The notes beneath the pieces were generated by a model. It was not told the DNA's origin, did no database searches, and saw only the letters and a list, made by a program, of their open reading frames with translations. The position numbers and the translations under genes were made by a program. Below are positions 28,090 to 40,618 of a stretch of DNA of 64,000 nt, piece after piece; positions within the stretch are counted from its first letter, which is position 1; every line of letters starts with the position of its first letter. The DNA comes from Eledone cirrhosa (Eukaryota). The DNA is taken from contig OZ024740.1 of NCBI GenBank assembly GCA_964016885.1, forward strand, positions 76,942,001 through 77,006,000. The letters run 5' to 3'.

Positions 28090-28093
<4 letters not shown>
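27871..28093. mobile_element. Family L 5'-inverted element with mutated hammerhead (27896-27946, minus)
   Basis: agttt-CAGAAGA-tccc gttaa gggc-GAAA-gca..tg-CTT-aaact on minus, tail on plus; colinear copy at 40455-40618. Confidence 0.65.
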
Positions 28094-28120
<27 letters not shown>

Positions 28121-28126
28121 CGTATA

Positions 28127-28342
28127 TAGAAAACGAGGAAGTTTCGTTTACATGTAAAAGATATTTATTGTGTATCGACCTGTTACGCGCGTTTCGAAGA
28201 GGATTGGCTCAAGGTCTATATACAATAAATATCTTTTATATGTAAACGAAAGTACCTCGTTTTTTTCTAATAGATACACACTGCCTGTGCATAGAGTGCA
28301 GTGCTTGCTTTGGTACCAACACCAGTAATTCACTGAACTACC

Positions 28343-28345
<3 letters not shown>
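28127..28345 (+). mobile_element. Family H fold-back element with hammerhead 3' half
   Basis: About 55-bp inverted arms; GAAAC-GCGC-GTA on minus at 28184-28195; tail ends in (CA)n. Confidence 0.65.
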
Positions 28346-28431
<86 letters not shown>

Positions 28432-28443
28432 GTGTGTATGTGT

Positions 28444-28520
<77 letters not shown>

Positions 28521-28544
28521 TGTGTGTGTGTGTGTGTATATATA

Positions 28545-28585
<41 letters not shown>

Positions 28586-28663
28586 GGATAGATAGAGAGA
28601 AATGGATAGATAGATAGGTATATAGATAGATAGATAGATAGATGGGTATATAGATAGATAGAT

Positions 28664-28741
28664 ATGTTTCTTTATTAGCCACAGGGCACAAACGAAGGGG
28701 ACAAATACAAAGGGGGAAGTTTACATACAATAAAAACGTGT
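28664..28741 (-). mobile_element. 75-bp 3' terminus of the Tx1-like LINE within (GATA)n
   Basis: Matches the 3' ends at 60531 and 63139; GATA repeats on both sides. Confidence 0.85.
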
Positions 28742-29584
28742 ATATAGATAGCTAGATAGATATACAAGAAAGAGAATTTTTAAATGCAATTGGAGTCTTT
28801 TAGTAGATTTATTAATAATAACTTTACCAGTTTCATGTTTGAATTACTTTCAAAAGTTAAATGAGATGGAGAGATGTGTGGTGATGTGTCGCGTAACTGA
28901 TGTTTCCATTATTCATATATGAACAATATATGAACTGAATATGAACAATATATGAACAATATATGTTCAGCAAAATAATTAATATATACTATTATACCAC
29001 GTAGTGGCCAATTAGACTTATGTGCAACAAATATATCCCCCCACCAAAATTCCAAGTTATTCCACTTTATCTTTGTCCAAACAACATCACTGATGAAACA
29101 CGAATAAATAAATAAAATATATTTATTCAAAAATAAAAACCACGTCTGAATAAACTCTAATATCACTATACATATAGTGTAAGCTGTTTTGGTTAGTATT
29201 ATAGAATTAACATTGCACCAATAGAATTAGCATTGCACGTTTCGGAATAAATACTTATGTAGACCTACAGACAATATCTTTACATTTAAAGAACATATAT
29301 ATAGTCTCATTGTGAATATTCTAAGGTAACACGACACAAATATCTCACAAATATCTCGTGTAAGAACGGAAAATCTTATTCTTGCAAGAATTTGTTGATC
29401 CAAATCCATCTGTGATATATGTTGGCTAATGTGGTACTTAGCAAACGTGTGATTCTAGTTCCCCCCCCCCTTCACCCCTCCGCTCTCTTCTGCGACACTA
29501 GAGATCTTGCCACCCCTCCCCTTCCCGTTCTTTCTAGTTTTCCTTTCTTTTCTCTTTTTTTTGTATATTTCCCTATTCTTTTTT

Positions 29585-30058
29585 TCTTTGCCTTTCATCC
29601 TTACGGAGTCGATAAAATAAAGTACCAGTAACACACTGGGGTCGATTTAACCGACTTTCCCCCTTCCCTAAATTACTGGCATTGTGCCTATACTAGAAAT
29701 CATTATTATTAATATTAAATCATTATTATTACCCGCCGAGGTTAACTTTGCCTTTCATCCTTATGGGGTCGATAAAATAAAGTACTAGTAATACACTGGG
29801 TAATTTCTGGCCTTGTGCCAAAAAGTAGAAACAATTATTAATATTAGAAGGGTGGTGGATTGGCAGTATCGGTAGAGGGTCGGACGCCATGCTTTGACGC
29901 ATAGTGTTACGGCCCTTGCCATTCTGAGTTCAAATCCCGCCGAGGTTAACTTTGCCTTTCATCCTTATGGGGTCGATAAAATAAAGTACCAGTAATACAC
30001 TGGATAATTGCTGGCCTTGTGCCAAAAGTAGAAACAATTATTATTAATATTATTATTA
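29585..30058 (+). mobile_element. Three tandem Nin-domain-like tRNA SINEs; full-length copy at about 29850-30050
   Basis: A box tggcagtatcgg, B box gagttcaaatcc, core gcctttcatcctta.ggggtcgataaa, (ATT)n tail. Confidence 0.88.
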
Positions 30059-30896
30059 CTGTAAATAAAGTATTCCTATATAAGATCTGCTAAGGAGTAC
30101 TCCCATGGAATGGCCAAATGAGGTTTTCCTCGAAGGAAACAATATAGTTATTAATAAGAAGAGTTGAAATTAATGCATACAGGATTTCATAGATGTGGCA
30201 TCACTGCCTCATCAACTTTTCAACCGACTAAGAAGAAAACTTAGGTAAATTGTATCTGTCTGTTCTTCAAACTTGTCATTATATATAGCTCTGATTTATG
30301 ATAATTTATTTAATTCATTCATTAAGCCACATCGTTGAAGGTGGGATATCAAAACTGGTGAAGACGCAAATATCGAATCCCATATCGGTAACCGGATTCA
30401 TATATTATTATTGAATATTCAAAGTGATAAACCATATATATATTTCAGTGCTGATATATGCTTTCAAACAGTTATTTCCCTTCGAATATAATTCTGAATC
30501 CCTTGGCAAGATAGATTTTTTAAGTTTCTTGTTTTTGTTATATTCTTAACACTACGTTCTTAAAGTGACGTAATAAATAACCTTTATTTTTCATGTTAAT
30601 TTTTAGTCACTCACTATGTCAATGGGTAGATTTTTATCATTCCCATCTTGTGTAAAGTGGAAATTGAATTTCGGATATATTCTGCTTCAATTTAATGCGT
30701 TTCTTTTTAATCCTCTGAAGATGGAGAAGTACAAAAAATATCTCTATATCATGTTCTATGTATTGATCTTGATTATACGAATTTTCACGTAACATTAATC
30801 GAATAATTTGATGTAGAACTCTTTTGAAACATTTGTTTGAAATTAAAAATGATTTAAAAGCTACTTTATCCATCTATATATTAGAAGATATATTAG

Positions 30897-30956
<60 letters not shown>

Positions 30957-31222
30957 TATATATATATATGTATGAATGTATGTATGATGTATGTATATGT
31001 ATACGTATATATATGTGTGTTTGAGTGTTTGTGTCTGTGTGTGTCTGTGTGTGTGTGCGTGCGTGTGTGTATGTGTGTGTGTGTGTGTATGTATGTGTGT
31101 GTATAGTATATATATAGTTTGAATTTAGCTCCGTTTAATTGATTATTTATTTAGTTAATTTCTCCAGACTAAGAAGAAAAATTAGGTAAATTTTATCTGT
31201 TTGTTCTTCAAACTTATCATTA

Positions 31223-31403
31223 TGGTGGATTGGCAGTATCGGTAGAGGGTCGGAAACCATGGCGCATAGAGTTACGGCTCTTGCCATTCTGAGTGCAAAT
31301 CCCACCGAGGTTGACTTTGCCTTTCATCCTTACGGGGTCGATAAAATAAAGTACCAGTAATGCACTGGGTAATTGCTGGCCTTGTGTCAAAAGTAGAAAC
31401 AAT
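31223..31403 (+). mobile_element. Full-length Nin-domain-like SINE
   Basis: Same consensus; inserted in a segment whose empty paralogue is at 30228-30342. Confidence 0.88.
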
Positions 31404-31686
31404 TATATATAGCTCTGATTTATGATAATTTATTTAATTCTTTCATTCAATGAGCCACACCGTTGAAGGTAGACTTCACTCATATATGTGTAATATGCTT
31501 ATGTTTAAATATATATGTGTTTCCTCTGACTTTGTTTTAACTCCCATACAGTTGAGTAATAATTAGGCTGTAACTAACTGCTTCTTTTAGCAATGAACTT
31601 TGCTGGCCACCAGTCAACCCAATCTATGCTTATGTTTTAATATATGTATTTCACTAACTTTATTTATATACATATACATACATACA

Positions 31687-31746
<60 letters not shown>

Positions 31747-32143
31747 TACACATAAATACATATATATGTATGTATGTGTGTGCATGTATGCATATATATG
31801 TGTGTATATATGTGCGTATACATGCATACATGTGCTATCTTGTAAAAATACCTTCGACGAGATGGTCTATTTTTACAAGATACGATCTTGTCGGTTAAAT
31901 ACACTCTGGTTCACCACACCTGCCTGAACACTCAAAACACAAACACCCGGAACAAATAGCACAAAACATTTTGTTCAAAGTGTTAGCAATTCTGATAATC
32001 CATAGACCTGGACTTTATTTTCCTGACCTCTGAAACATGAAAGGTAAAGTTGATCTCTGCGGAATTTGAAATCTGCAAGTAAAGGTCCGGAAGAAATACC
32101 GCAAAGCATTTCCTCGCATGATCTAACCATTCTGCCAGATATA

Positions 32144-32223
32144 TTGGGTCGTCAAGTATGAAATTTGTAGATATTTGACGAAGAAAAACAGAATTTCTAC
32201 AAATTTCATACTTGACGACCCAA
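32144..32223. mobile_element. 80-bp mariner-type MITE
   Basis: Perfect 28-bp TIRs ttgggtcgtcaagtatgaaatttgtaga / tctacaaatttcatacttgacgacccaa, TA on both sides. Confidence 0.88.
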
Positions 32224-34347
32224 TATATACTAACAGCTACCACTTCACGAGCCAATCTACCTTAGCTCTCCATTACTCCACCAACAATACACACATACCA
32301 AGCACTCCACTACTACCTGGCCCTACTACTTTCACCCCTGTACCATCAATACACACACACACATACGCACACATACGCACACATGCACACACACATTCAC
32401 ACACATGCTCCCTCTCGAATAACTTCTGTTCTGCATGCGCCACCACATCTTTCGCCCCCTTCCTGCTTCTCCTCCCCCACCTCGCCACTTTGATCACTTC
32501 CATTCTGATCACAACCTCTCTGGACACTGTATCACTCGAGAATATTCCGACACATACAAACACACTCATACATAAATATACACACATGCACATAAAATCT
32601 TTCCGCTGCACATAATGCGAGGCACACACGGGGAAATACACACATATACCCATTCTCACACACACGCACACTCACATACATAGAAACAATAGAAAAAAGT
32701 CACATTCACAAAAGCACACAAACACACATACATACTCATTCATAAATATACACTCACAGAAACACAAAATCATCGTTCTACAGATAATTGTTTCTACTTT
32801 TGGCACAAAGCCAGCAATTATCCCAGTGTATTACTGGTACTTTATTTTATCGACCCCATAAGGCGGGAAATTTACCAACACACGCGGAGACACATATACA
32901 CACACTCATCCGACACACACGTGAAAATATATACACACACATATATGTATATATAATATAATAGAATAGTTAATATAAATATATATATATATATATAAAC
33001 GTAATGAAGGCATTAACAAATCATCCTTTTTATTATATATATATATATACATGTGTATGTGTGTGTACATACATATATGCATACATACATTCATGCATAC
33101 ATACATGCATTCACACATGCATACATACATAACCCCGTCTTTCCTGCAGGAACTTGTAATATAAAAACATTATAGACAAAGACTGAACATTATAAACTAT
33201 CTGTTGCCAATTTGCCATTTCATCTAAACTGTATTATAACATCTCAAACGATACATAGCCAGGTTTTCTGTGGATATAAATTAAGTTTATTTTTCTATAT
33301 TTTTATGGCTTTCTCAGAGGAAGAACAGAGCCCATGATTGTTTTGGAGGCTCCAATAATTGGTGGAGGAAGGAGGTGGTTCCTGTAATATAGCGTCAATA
33401 AATGGCGGCATTTTAACTGGTCTGTTCAATATGACGAGTGTCTGTAAATTAAACATAGGGAGGGCGTATGTCATACATTTCTTTTTATACACTGATTCAA
33501 ATATTCAGCCATATTACTTGCTTAAAGATGACACTCAGTCTTACATGTGTGTCTTGTCAACTCTTCTTACATCTACGCACACACATACACACGCAGACTC
33601 ACCTACATACACATGTATGTATGTGTATATTTATGAGTGTATGTGTGCGTGCCCCTTTGTATGTATGTGTGTGTGTGTGTGTGTGAATGTGTGTGTTTGT
33701 GTGCGCGCGTGACTATGCACGCATGTGTTAGCGTGGGGGTTAGTGTCTGTTCTTGTCTGTATAAATCCACAAGGAAAGAGGAAATATTAATATTTTTTCA
33801 CGTGTCTTTCATGTGTTTTCAACATTTCGTATGGCAATCTCTTCTACTTACCAAAGGAATAAAATTACATTTTAAGATGACACTACGGGAAACAAAAAGA
33901 TTTGGAAATATGGTAATTGAGGATAAAATTCCTGCAAAGTACTGACTTAATTATTGCCCTTATTCATTGCTAGAATCTCATAAAAATATACCCCCTGCTA
34001 AAAGTGTTACCACATTTTGAGAGAATTGGTTTTTACGGGTAAATATCTCACATTATAGACGCATTTTATTGCAAATCAAATACTACAGTTAACGGTGGTT
34101 TTGATGTAAAGATTATTAAATGAAAAAAAAATGAAATTTTTTACTTACACCGAATTAGATTTAGCTGGCCTCTTATAAGTTTCTATCTCATAGAGGATAT
34201 TTTTGGTGTTTTAATGATAGGGGTCCTAGGCCTATCACGAAATTCGACGTGAAATAAAGCCACTTACTCAAGAACTCAATGAGCCGCACGGTGCACGAAT
34301 CGAACCTAAGACCTTATGATAGTGAGTGCAAGACCCTAAACTGGGCT

Positions 34348-35006
34348 TGTAGGGATTATTGCCTCGGTGATAACAGGAAGAGAAAGGATCCGATCGTTAA
34401 ATCGGACAAAAGAAACTGTTTCCATTTGTTTTCCTTTGTTGATCCTATCTCCCGATGGTAACGCCTAGCAGAAGGAGGCAAGGGTTGAACTGGGAACGCA
34501 CAGAGATGGATCTCTTTCTTCTTTTCTCTTCTTCTCTTCTTCTTCGCCCACATATTCCTGAGAGGATCGTGGGTGCTGAGTCCTCAAACACTCCTTCCAC
34601 CGGGTCCTGCCAGAAACAACCATCTCCAACTGATCCAACTGGATCCACAAGCGAGACCAGCCAATCTCATGAATGTTATCGAACCATCTTTCTCGGGACC
34701 TACCCCTGGGTCTCCGGGCGGTTGGTTTTGTCCGTAAAATCTTTACTAAGACATTCTAACTACTTGACCTTTGTATCAGAGCTGTGATCTCTCAATTCGG
34801 AGAAGTAGCGGCTCTGCCTGGAGTGACTCTCTGATCGCCAAGCTACGCACTCTATTGTGTAACGTTACTCCAAAGACCCTTCAGAGGAATCCCATTTCGG
34901 CCGCTTGTATTCGCGACCTATTCTTTCGGTCATTACCCAAGGTACTTGACCATAAGTAAGGGTTGGCACGAATAGCGAATTGAAGATAGTATGTTTGGCT
35001 TTTACA
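34348..35006 (-). mobile_element. Possible solo LTR
   Basis: GC-richer island bounded by tgta...taca, AGTAAA on minus; no TSD found. Confidence 0.3.
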
Positions 35007-35069
35007 TATATATATAATATGTAAGTGTGACATGAATTTTCACTTTAAAATGTTTTTATTGTATATCGG

Positions 35070-35158
35070 CCGTTACATACGTTTCACAGATGATTCGCTT
35101 CAGATGTATATCGATGTAATAGGCCATACTCCTGTATCGATCTGCTCATCAGACATAT
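35070..35158 (-). ncRNA. Type I hammerhead motif with extended stem II
   Basis: atatgt-CTGATGA-gcagat...atctgt-GAAAC-gtat-GTA-acg, then AATAAA and a TA tract at about 35007-35020; stem I is short. Confidence 0.68.
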
Positions 35159-36208
35159 GGATGCAACCAATATATTAATGTGAAGAATAAAGATAACGAT
35201 GATGTTGATATTGTTGTTGGGGATGATGATAACAATGATGATGACGATGAAGATAATGACCAAGCTATTGTTATTGTTGATGTTGATGGTGGTGATGGCG
35301 TTGGTTGTGGTTGTGGTCATGGTAGTGGTTATGCTGATAGTGGTGATGGTGTGGTCATAATGTTGATGGGGGTGACGATAGGAATGGCGGTGGCAGTGGT
35401 GGTTGCGGTTGTGGTGTTGGTGAGACTCAATGCTGTACATCAATCAAATACTCACACTTTCAATTAGGGAGCCTCTAATTTGACCTACTAGAATTAGCAG
35501 ATAAATCTCCTTCAAATCAAACTATACCATCTCTAAAAAGAACACATTGCACAATGTAGTTCCAGAAATACAAGGCGGAATGGTCATGTATGGAATACCA
35601 TTGATTATATGTCTCTTATATCAGGGTTGAACTGGTGCAAAGAAACAAAAAAATAACAACTCCAGCTCCCCTCTTCCCTCTTCCCTCTCACTCCCTCACT
35701 TTCTCTCCTTCTCTTTTACTTTCTCTCCCTCACCCTCTCTCTTTTCTCTCTCATAGTGTTTGATGTTGCTGACTGTTTGGTGGTCTTCTTTGTACCATTT
35801 CTGTTAACTATTGACCTCTCAAGGGATGGTGAGGTCAAACAGTGTGTCTGTTATTACTGTTGCTACATTTCATTAGGCGTTGTGAATATATAAGTTATGT
35901 TTTAAACTGAAATCCGGAAGTGGTCGATACGATACTGTGTTGATGAACTAGACCATGGGTCGCCAGTTCGTATTGTACACACAGCATTGTGCTCTACCTC
36001 TAACCAAAACAATTGACTTTCAAGCGCTGGCTATACTTACGATGAAGCGAGATGATAGGCAGGAAATTTAGCTGAGTCACTAGAGCACCGGATTAAATGC
36101 CGTCTGGTATTTGTTCCTACTCTCTACACTTGGAGTTTAAATCCCATTGAGGTAAACTTAACCTTTCATACTTTCGAAGTCGATCAATGAAGAAACAATT
36201 GTTTGGCA

Positions 36209-36360
36209 CAGTGGTTCCCAAAGTGGGTTTCGTAAAGAAGTTTCTGGGGTTTCGTGAAAAAGGGTAGAGGAGTAGATTTATATTAAGATCATAGCAGTAT
36301 TAGACTTTGGGGTTCTCAACCAAAACGGGTTCCGCGTTTGAAAAAGTTTGGGAAACCTTG
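36209..36360. mobile_element. hAT (Charlie/Buster-type) MITE
   Basis: TIRs cagtggttcccaaagt / agtttgggaaaccttg; 8-bp TSD gtttggca / gtttagca. Confidence 0.8.
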
Positions 36361-36800
36361 GTTTAGCAGAATCGTTAGAGCATTGGAAAGGATACATTGC
36401 GATATTTCTTTCGGTTTTGTGTGTTGCAAGTCAAATACCGCTTCAAATACCGCTAAATATGCGCAGGTATGAGCTGTGACAACAGCAAAAGGCAAGGTTG
36501 CCAAGTGGATAAGATATTGAGTTAGTGGTTTATGTCCCTTAGAAGTACTATGAAGATTGTGTTGTTGAATCTGAAACGGTATAAGCATATCTCTATAAAT
36601 GTGCCATTCACCGAACAAGTGTGCAATTGTATGTGTTTATATGTATGTATATATATGTATGTATTTATATTTATATGTATATGTATTTATATGTATATGT
36701 ATGTGTGTATGTATGTGTATATATGTATGGATTTATATGTATATATATATGTATGTATATGTATGTGTATGTGTGTATGTATGTATGTATGTATGTTTAT

Positions 36801-37411
36801 GTCGGGTCACCAGTTGGTGCTACTGGTAACATGTATCCCAGTACAACCTGTCCCATGGTCGGGTCGTTGGCGACTAAACTGGCAACCCTACCAAGGTTTC
36901 TTGGTGAGTAGGGTGACTTTGGACATCCTGCAGGACTAAAAACAAAACCTGTCAAAGGGCAAAGGAGCTCTTAAGAGTCAATGGCCATCCAAAATCACCG
37001 GGAGAGATGACCCCTTAGCCTTTGTCAAGGCAGAATTCTAGGAGAAGGAAAACTCTGATATAACACCTGCAACTCTGATGGTATCCAATGATGTTGACTT
37101 GTTCTTCTTTTTGGTAAATATCATCTTGGTTAAGAGAGTGGGACTGGCTTTGTGCAGTGCCTTTGCTCACTATAAAAGCTTCACGGCACAGGCATTGCTT
37201 TATATCTGGAGATCTCTCTGCACTTGTCGTCACATGGTACCATGGGTCCCAGAACTATGTGTTAATAATTGTCACAAGTGTAGTGTTTGTACCAGAGTTT
37301 TCAAGTCGCTGGCTGGACTAAAAAGTCACACTCGATCAGCGCATCGGTAGGGGTACTCCTACATGGATATAAAGTAGTGGCCGTACTCGAAAACGAGTTG
37401 GCAGCCACCAT
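36801..37411 (+). mobile_element. Non-autonomous bipartite RTE-derived element, copy 2
   Basis: Near match to 3473-4059; CSVC..KSLAGLKSHTRSAH; (TATG)n on both sides. Confidence 0.75.
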
Positions 37412-38066
37412 GTATGTATGTATGTTGTTAAACAATTCCTAACAAGGACTGAACATAATAGAATGAAATTGCCATGTTCACTGCTTCCGTCTCAATCGCT
37501 CCCCCTCTCACTCTTATAAGCAAATAGGGCCGTACGCGCTGGGCGACGGTGGTCCTGGTCATAATTTTGATGGTGGTGGCGATGGTAATGGTGGTGGTAT
37601 TAGTGCTAATGGTGGTGATAGTAGTAGTGGTGGTAGTGGTGATGGTTGTAATTACTCACTTCATAGTTATGGTGATGGTGGTAGTTGCAGTTATTCACTT
37701 TATAGTTGACTGTGCAAAGAAAAACTATGGGGTCAGGGCATAATAGAAATGGCACCAAAATCTTCCTCAAACCAAATCTTTATTTCTTAATAACATCAGC
37801 GTTGCAGAATATGTGTCAAAGCTGCACGTTTGAATTACATGTACATTCCATCAAGCAGGATTGAGACAATGATAAAAGCAGGCATTACGATCAAACCCAG
37901 AACCATGTGACGTCAATCGAACTTCTTAACCACTCAGTTCTGTCTGCGTCTGGAACAACTGGAACGTCTTTTCTCGTAGCTTTGCTGAAACAGAAATAAC
38001 TAGGAGCTGCAGAGAGCTATTGATAGATAAGTCGACAAGAATCAGTTCACAAAATATATAAGTATG

Positions 38067-38173
38067 TCTTCTTCTTCTTCTTCTTCTTCTTCTTCTTCTT
38101 CTTCTTCTTCTTCTTCTTCTTCTTCTTCTTCTTCTTCTTCTTCTTCTTCTTCTTCTTCTTCTTCTTCTTCTTC
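38067..38173. repeat. (TTC)n microsatellite
   Basis: Direct reading. Confidence 0.95.
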
Positions 38174-38712
38174 CCTGTCACTCCTGACAGTTGGCTTTCC
38201 AAGTATCAAATACCTTGCCACTACTACATACAACTTATTCGAACCAACTGCAATACTCGTCGTCGGAACTGACGTAGATCCAAAACACACTAAAAAATAA
38301 GACTATTTATAAGAATTAAGAAAAAAAATGTTAATATCAACAGATTCATATTGGCTTTGATGGAAACTGAATTCGTAGCCATGATAGATGTAGAGAGAAG
38401 GAATTAGTTGCCTGCCAGATAACGATAGTTAGAGAACTGTTACTGAGAGTGGAGGCTAATAAGGGTTAGGTAGAGATGTGAGCATAATGGGGCCAGTTCA
38501 ATGATCCGTAACATTCATTGGTATATATGTGTGTGTGTGTGTGTGTGAGGTGAGGTGCTTGGGAGGAATATGGAGGAATATGAAGGGGTGGGGAGCTGTT
38601 TAATGTTAATGCTGGAAATATACGGCATTGTCGTTAACGTTTGGGACCTGAACAAACAGGAAGTAGCTTCAGTGATATTGCCATCTGGCAACAGCTGGAC
38701 AACAACGGTGCC

Positions 38713-39365
38713 AGTGATAGTGGTGGTGGTGGTGGTGGTGGTGGTGGCGGTGGTTTGTGATAGTGGTGGTGGTGGTGGTGGTGGTGATGGTGGCGGTAGT
38801 GGAGGTGGCGGTGGTGGCGGTGGTGGCGGTGGTGGTGGTGGCGGTGGTTTGTGATAGTGGTGGTGGTGGTGGTGGTGATGGTGGCGGTAGTGGTGGTGGC
38901 GGTGGTGGTGGTGATGGTGGTGGTGGTGGTGGTATTGGTGGTGGTGGTGATGGTGGTGGTGGTGGCGGTGGTGGTGGTGGCGGTGGTGGTATTGGTGGTG
39001 GTGGTGATGGTGATGGTGGTGGTGGTGGTGGTAGTGGTGGTGGTGGTGATGGCTGTGGTTGAGGTGGTGGTGGTGGTGGTGATAGTGATGCTGATGGTGG
39101 TGATGGTTTTGATGGTGATAGTGATGCTGGTGGTGGTGATAGTGGTGATGGTGGTGATGATGTTGGTGGTGGTAGTGGTGGTGGTGGTGGTGGTGGTGGT
39201 GATGGTGGTGGTGTTGGCGGTAGTGGTGATGATGGTGGCGGTGGTGGTGGTGGTGGCTGTAGTGGTAGTGGTGGTGGTGGTGGTAGTGGTGATAGTAGTG
39301 GTGGCAGTAGTGATGGTGGTGGTGTTGGGGTTGATGGTAGTGATGATGGTATTGTACTGGTGGTA
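38713..39365. repeat. Imperfect (GGT)n tract
   Basis: Direct reading; source of the poly-G, poly-V and poly-P ORFs. Confidence 0.9.
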
Positions 39366-39453
39366 ATAGTCGAATATTGGTAAGCCTGTTGGAGCACCGT
39401 CTTGGTTATCTTCTTACGATATGCATATGTGTGTGTGGGTGGGTGTGTTTGTG

Positions 39454-39497
<44 letters not shown>

Positions 39498-39505
39498 TAT
39501 ATATA

Positions 39506-40005
39506 TGCCCTGACAAAGGCTAGGGGTCCTTCAATGCCAGTGGTTTAACCACGCGGTACATGTGTATATACCTATTTACACAATTTTGAATGGCCGTTGA
39601 CTCTTATGAGTTCTTCCGCCCTTTGTCAGGTTTTGTTTTTTGTCCTGCAGGGTGTCCAAAATCACCCTGCTTACCAAGTAAACTTGGTGGGGTTGCCGGT
39701 TTAGTCGCCGACGACCCAACCATGCGGCAGGTTGTACTGGCATTCTTCTAAGAGAAGGCAACTCAGGAAACTGGGATAACTCCGATACAAAACCTGCCGC
39801 TCAGTAGTTACCGATGATGTTGATCTTTTCTTCTTTTCGGGTTATAACTACTGTCGCTCAGAGAGTGGGATTGGCTCAGCGCACAGTCTTTCCTCACTTT
39901 AAAAAATATCTTCACGCACAGCCATTGCATGATAGAATTAATTGGTAGTTATTAATAATGGTATATCGTACAATGGCCATACTCGATAACGAGGGGGCAG
40001 CCATC
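39506..40005. mobile_element. Diverged bipartite RTE element with inverted 5' segment
   Basis: 39506-39740 is the 5' part on minus; 39741-40005 is the 3' part on plus, ending gcagccatc+(AT)n. Confidence 0.7.
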
Positions 40006-40055
40006 ATATATATATATATATATATAGACATACATACATAAACACACACACACAA

Positions 40056-40105
<50 letters not shown>

Positions 40106-40108
40106 ACA

Positions 40109-40191
<83 letters not shown>

Positions 40192-40229
40192 GAAAAATGG
40201 CGAGCTGTGTTGTTGCAAATATGATATAT

Positions 40230-40445
40230 ATAATGGTTTCTTATATAGGCAAAAGGCCAGTAATTTGGGGGGAGGGGAAAGTCGATTAAATCGACCCCAG
40301 TGCGTGACTGGTACTTTATTTTATCGACCCCATTAGGATAAACGGCAAAGTTAACCTCGGCGGGATTTAAGCTCAGATCATAAAGAGCCGTAACTCTATG
40401 CTGCAAAGCATGGCGTCCGACCCTCTACCGATACTGCCATCCACG
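40230..40445 (-). mobile_element. Nin-domain-like SINE; further copy at 40617-40810
   Basis: Reverse complement of the SINE consensus. Confidence 0.85.
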
Positions 40446-40569
40446 GCCCTTATATATATAGTAATAATAATAAATTTGAAGACTAAAATCCAAAGAGGGC
40501 TTGATAAGGATAAATATATATCAAATATATAAGAACCTAGAGCAAATATTTATTAAAATAACAGATTAA

Positions 40570-40618
40570 AGTTTAAGCAAAGAATCGCTGCTTTCACCCT
40601 TAATGGTATCTTCAGAAA
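40570..40618 (-). ncRNA. Hammerhead motif, family L
   Basis: ttt-CTGAAGA-tacc attaa gggt-GAAA-gca gcgattctt tg-CTT-aaa; 5' stem I is cut by a SINE; AATAAA downstream. Confidence 0.6.

Noticed and set aside
29850-29945. tRNA gene
   Set aside because: A and B boxes are present, but spacing is extended and the sequence continues into the SINE body.
30428-30476. Additional hammerhead on minus (CTGTTTGA..GAAA-tatatat-ATG)
   Set aside because: The core is too eroded to call; at most a relic.
31837-31925. Small hairpin or minus-strand exon
   Set aside because: All three frames contain stops, and the 14-bp arms are AT-rich and isolated.
38555-39397. Gly-, Val- and Pro-rich ORFs
   Set aside because: They come from a (GGT)n tract that is open in several frames on both strands.
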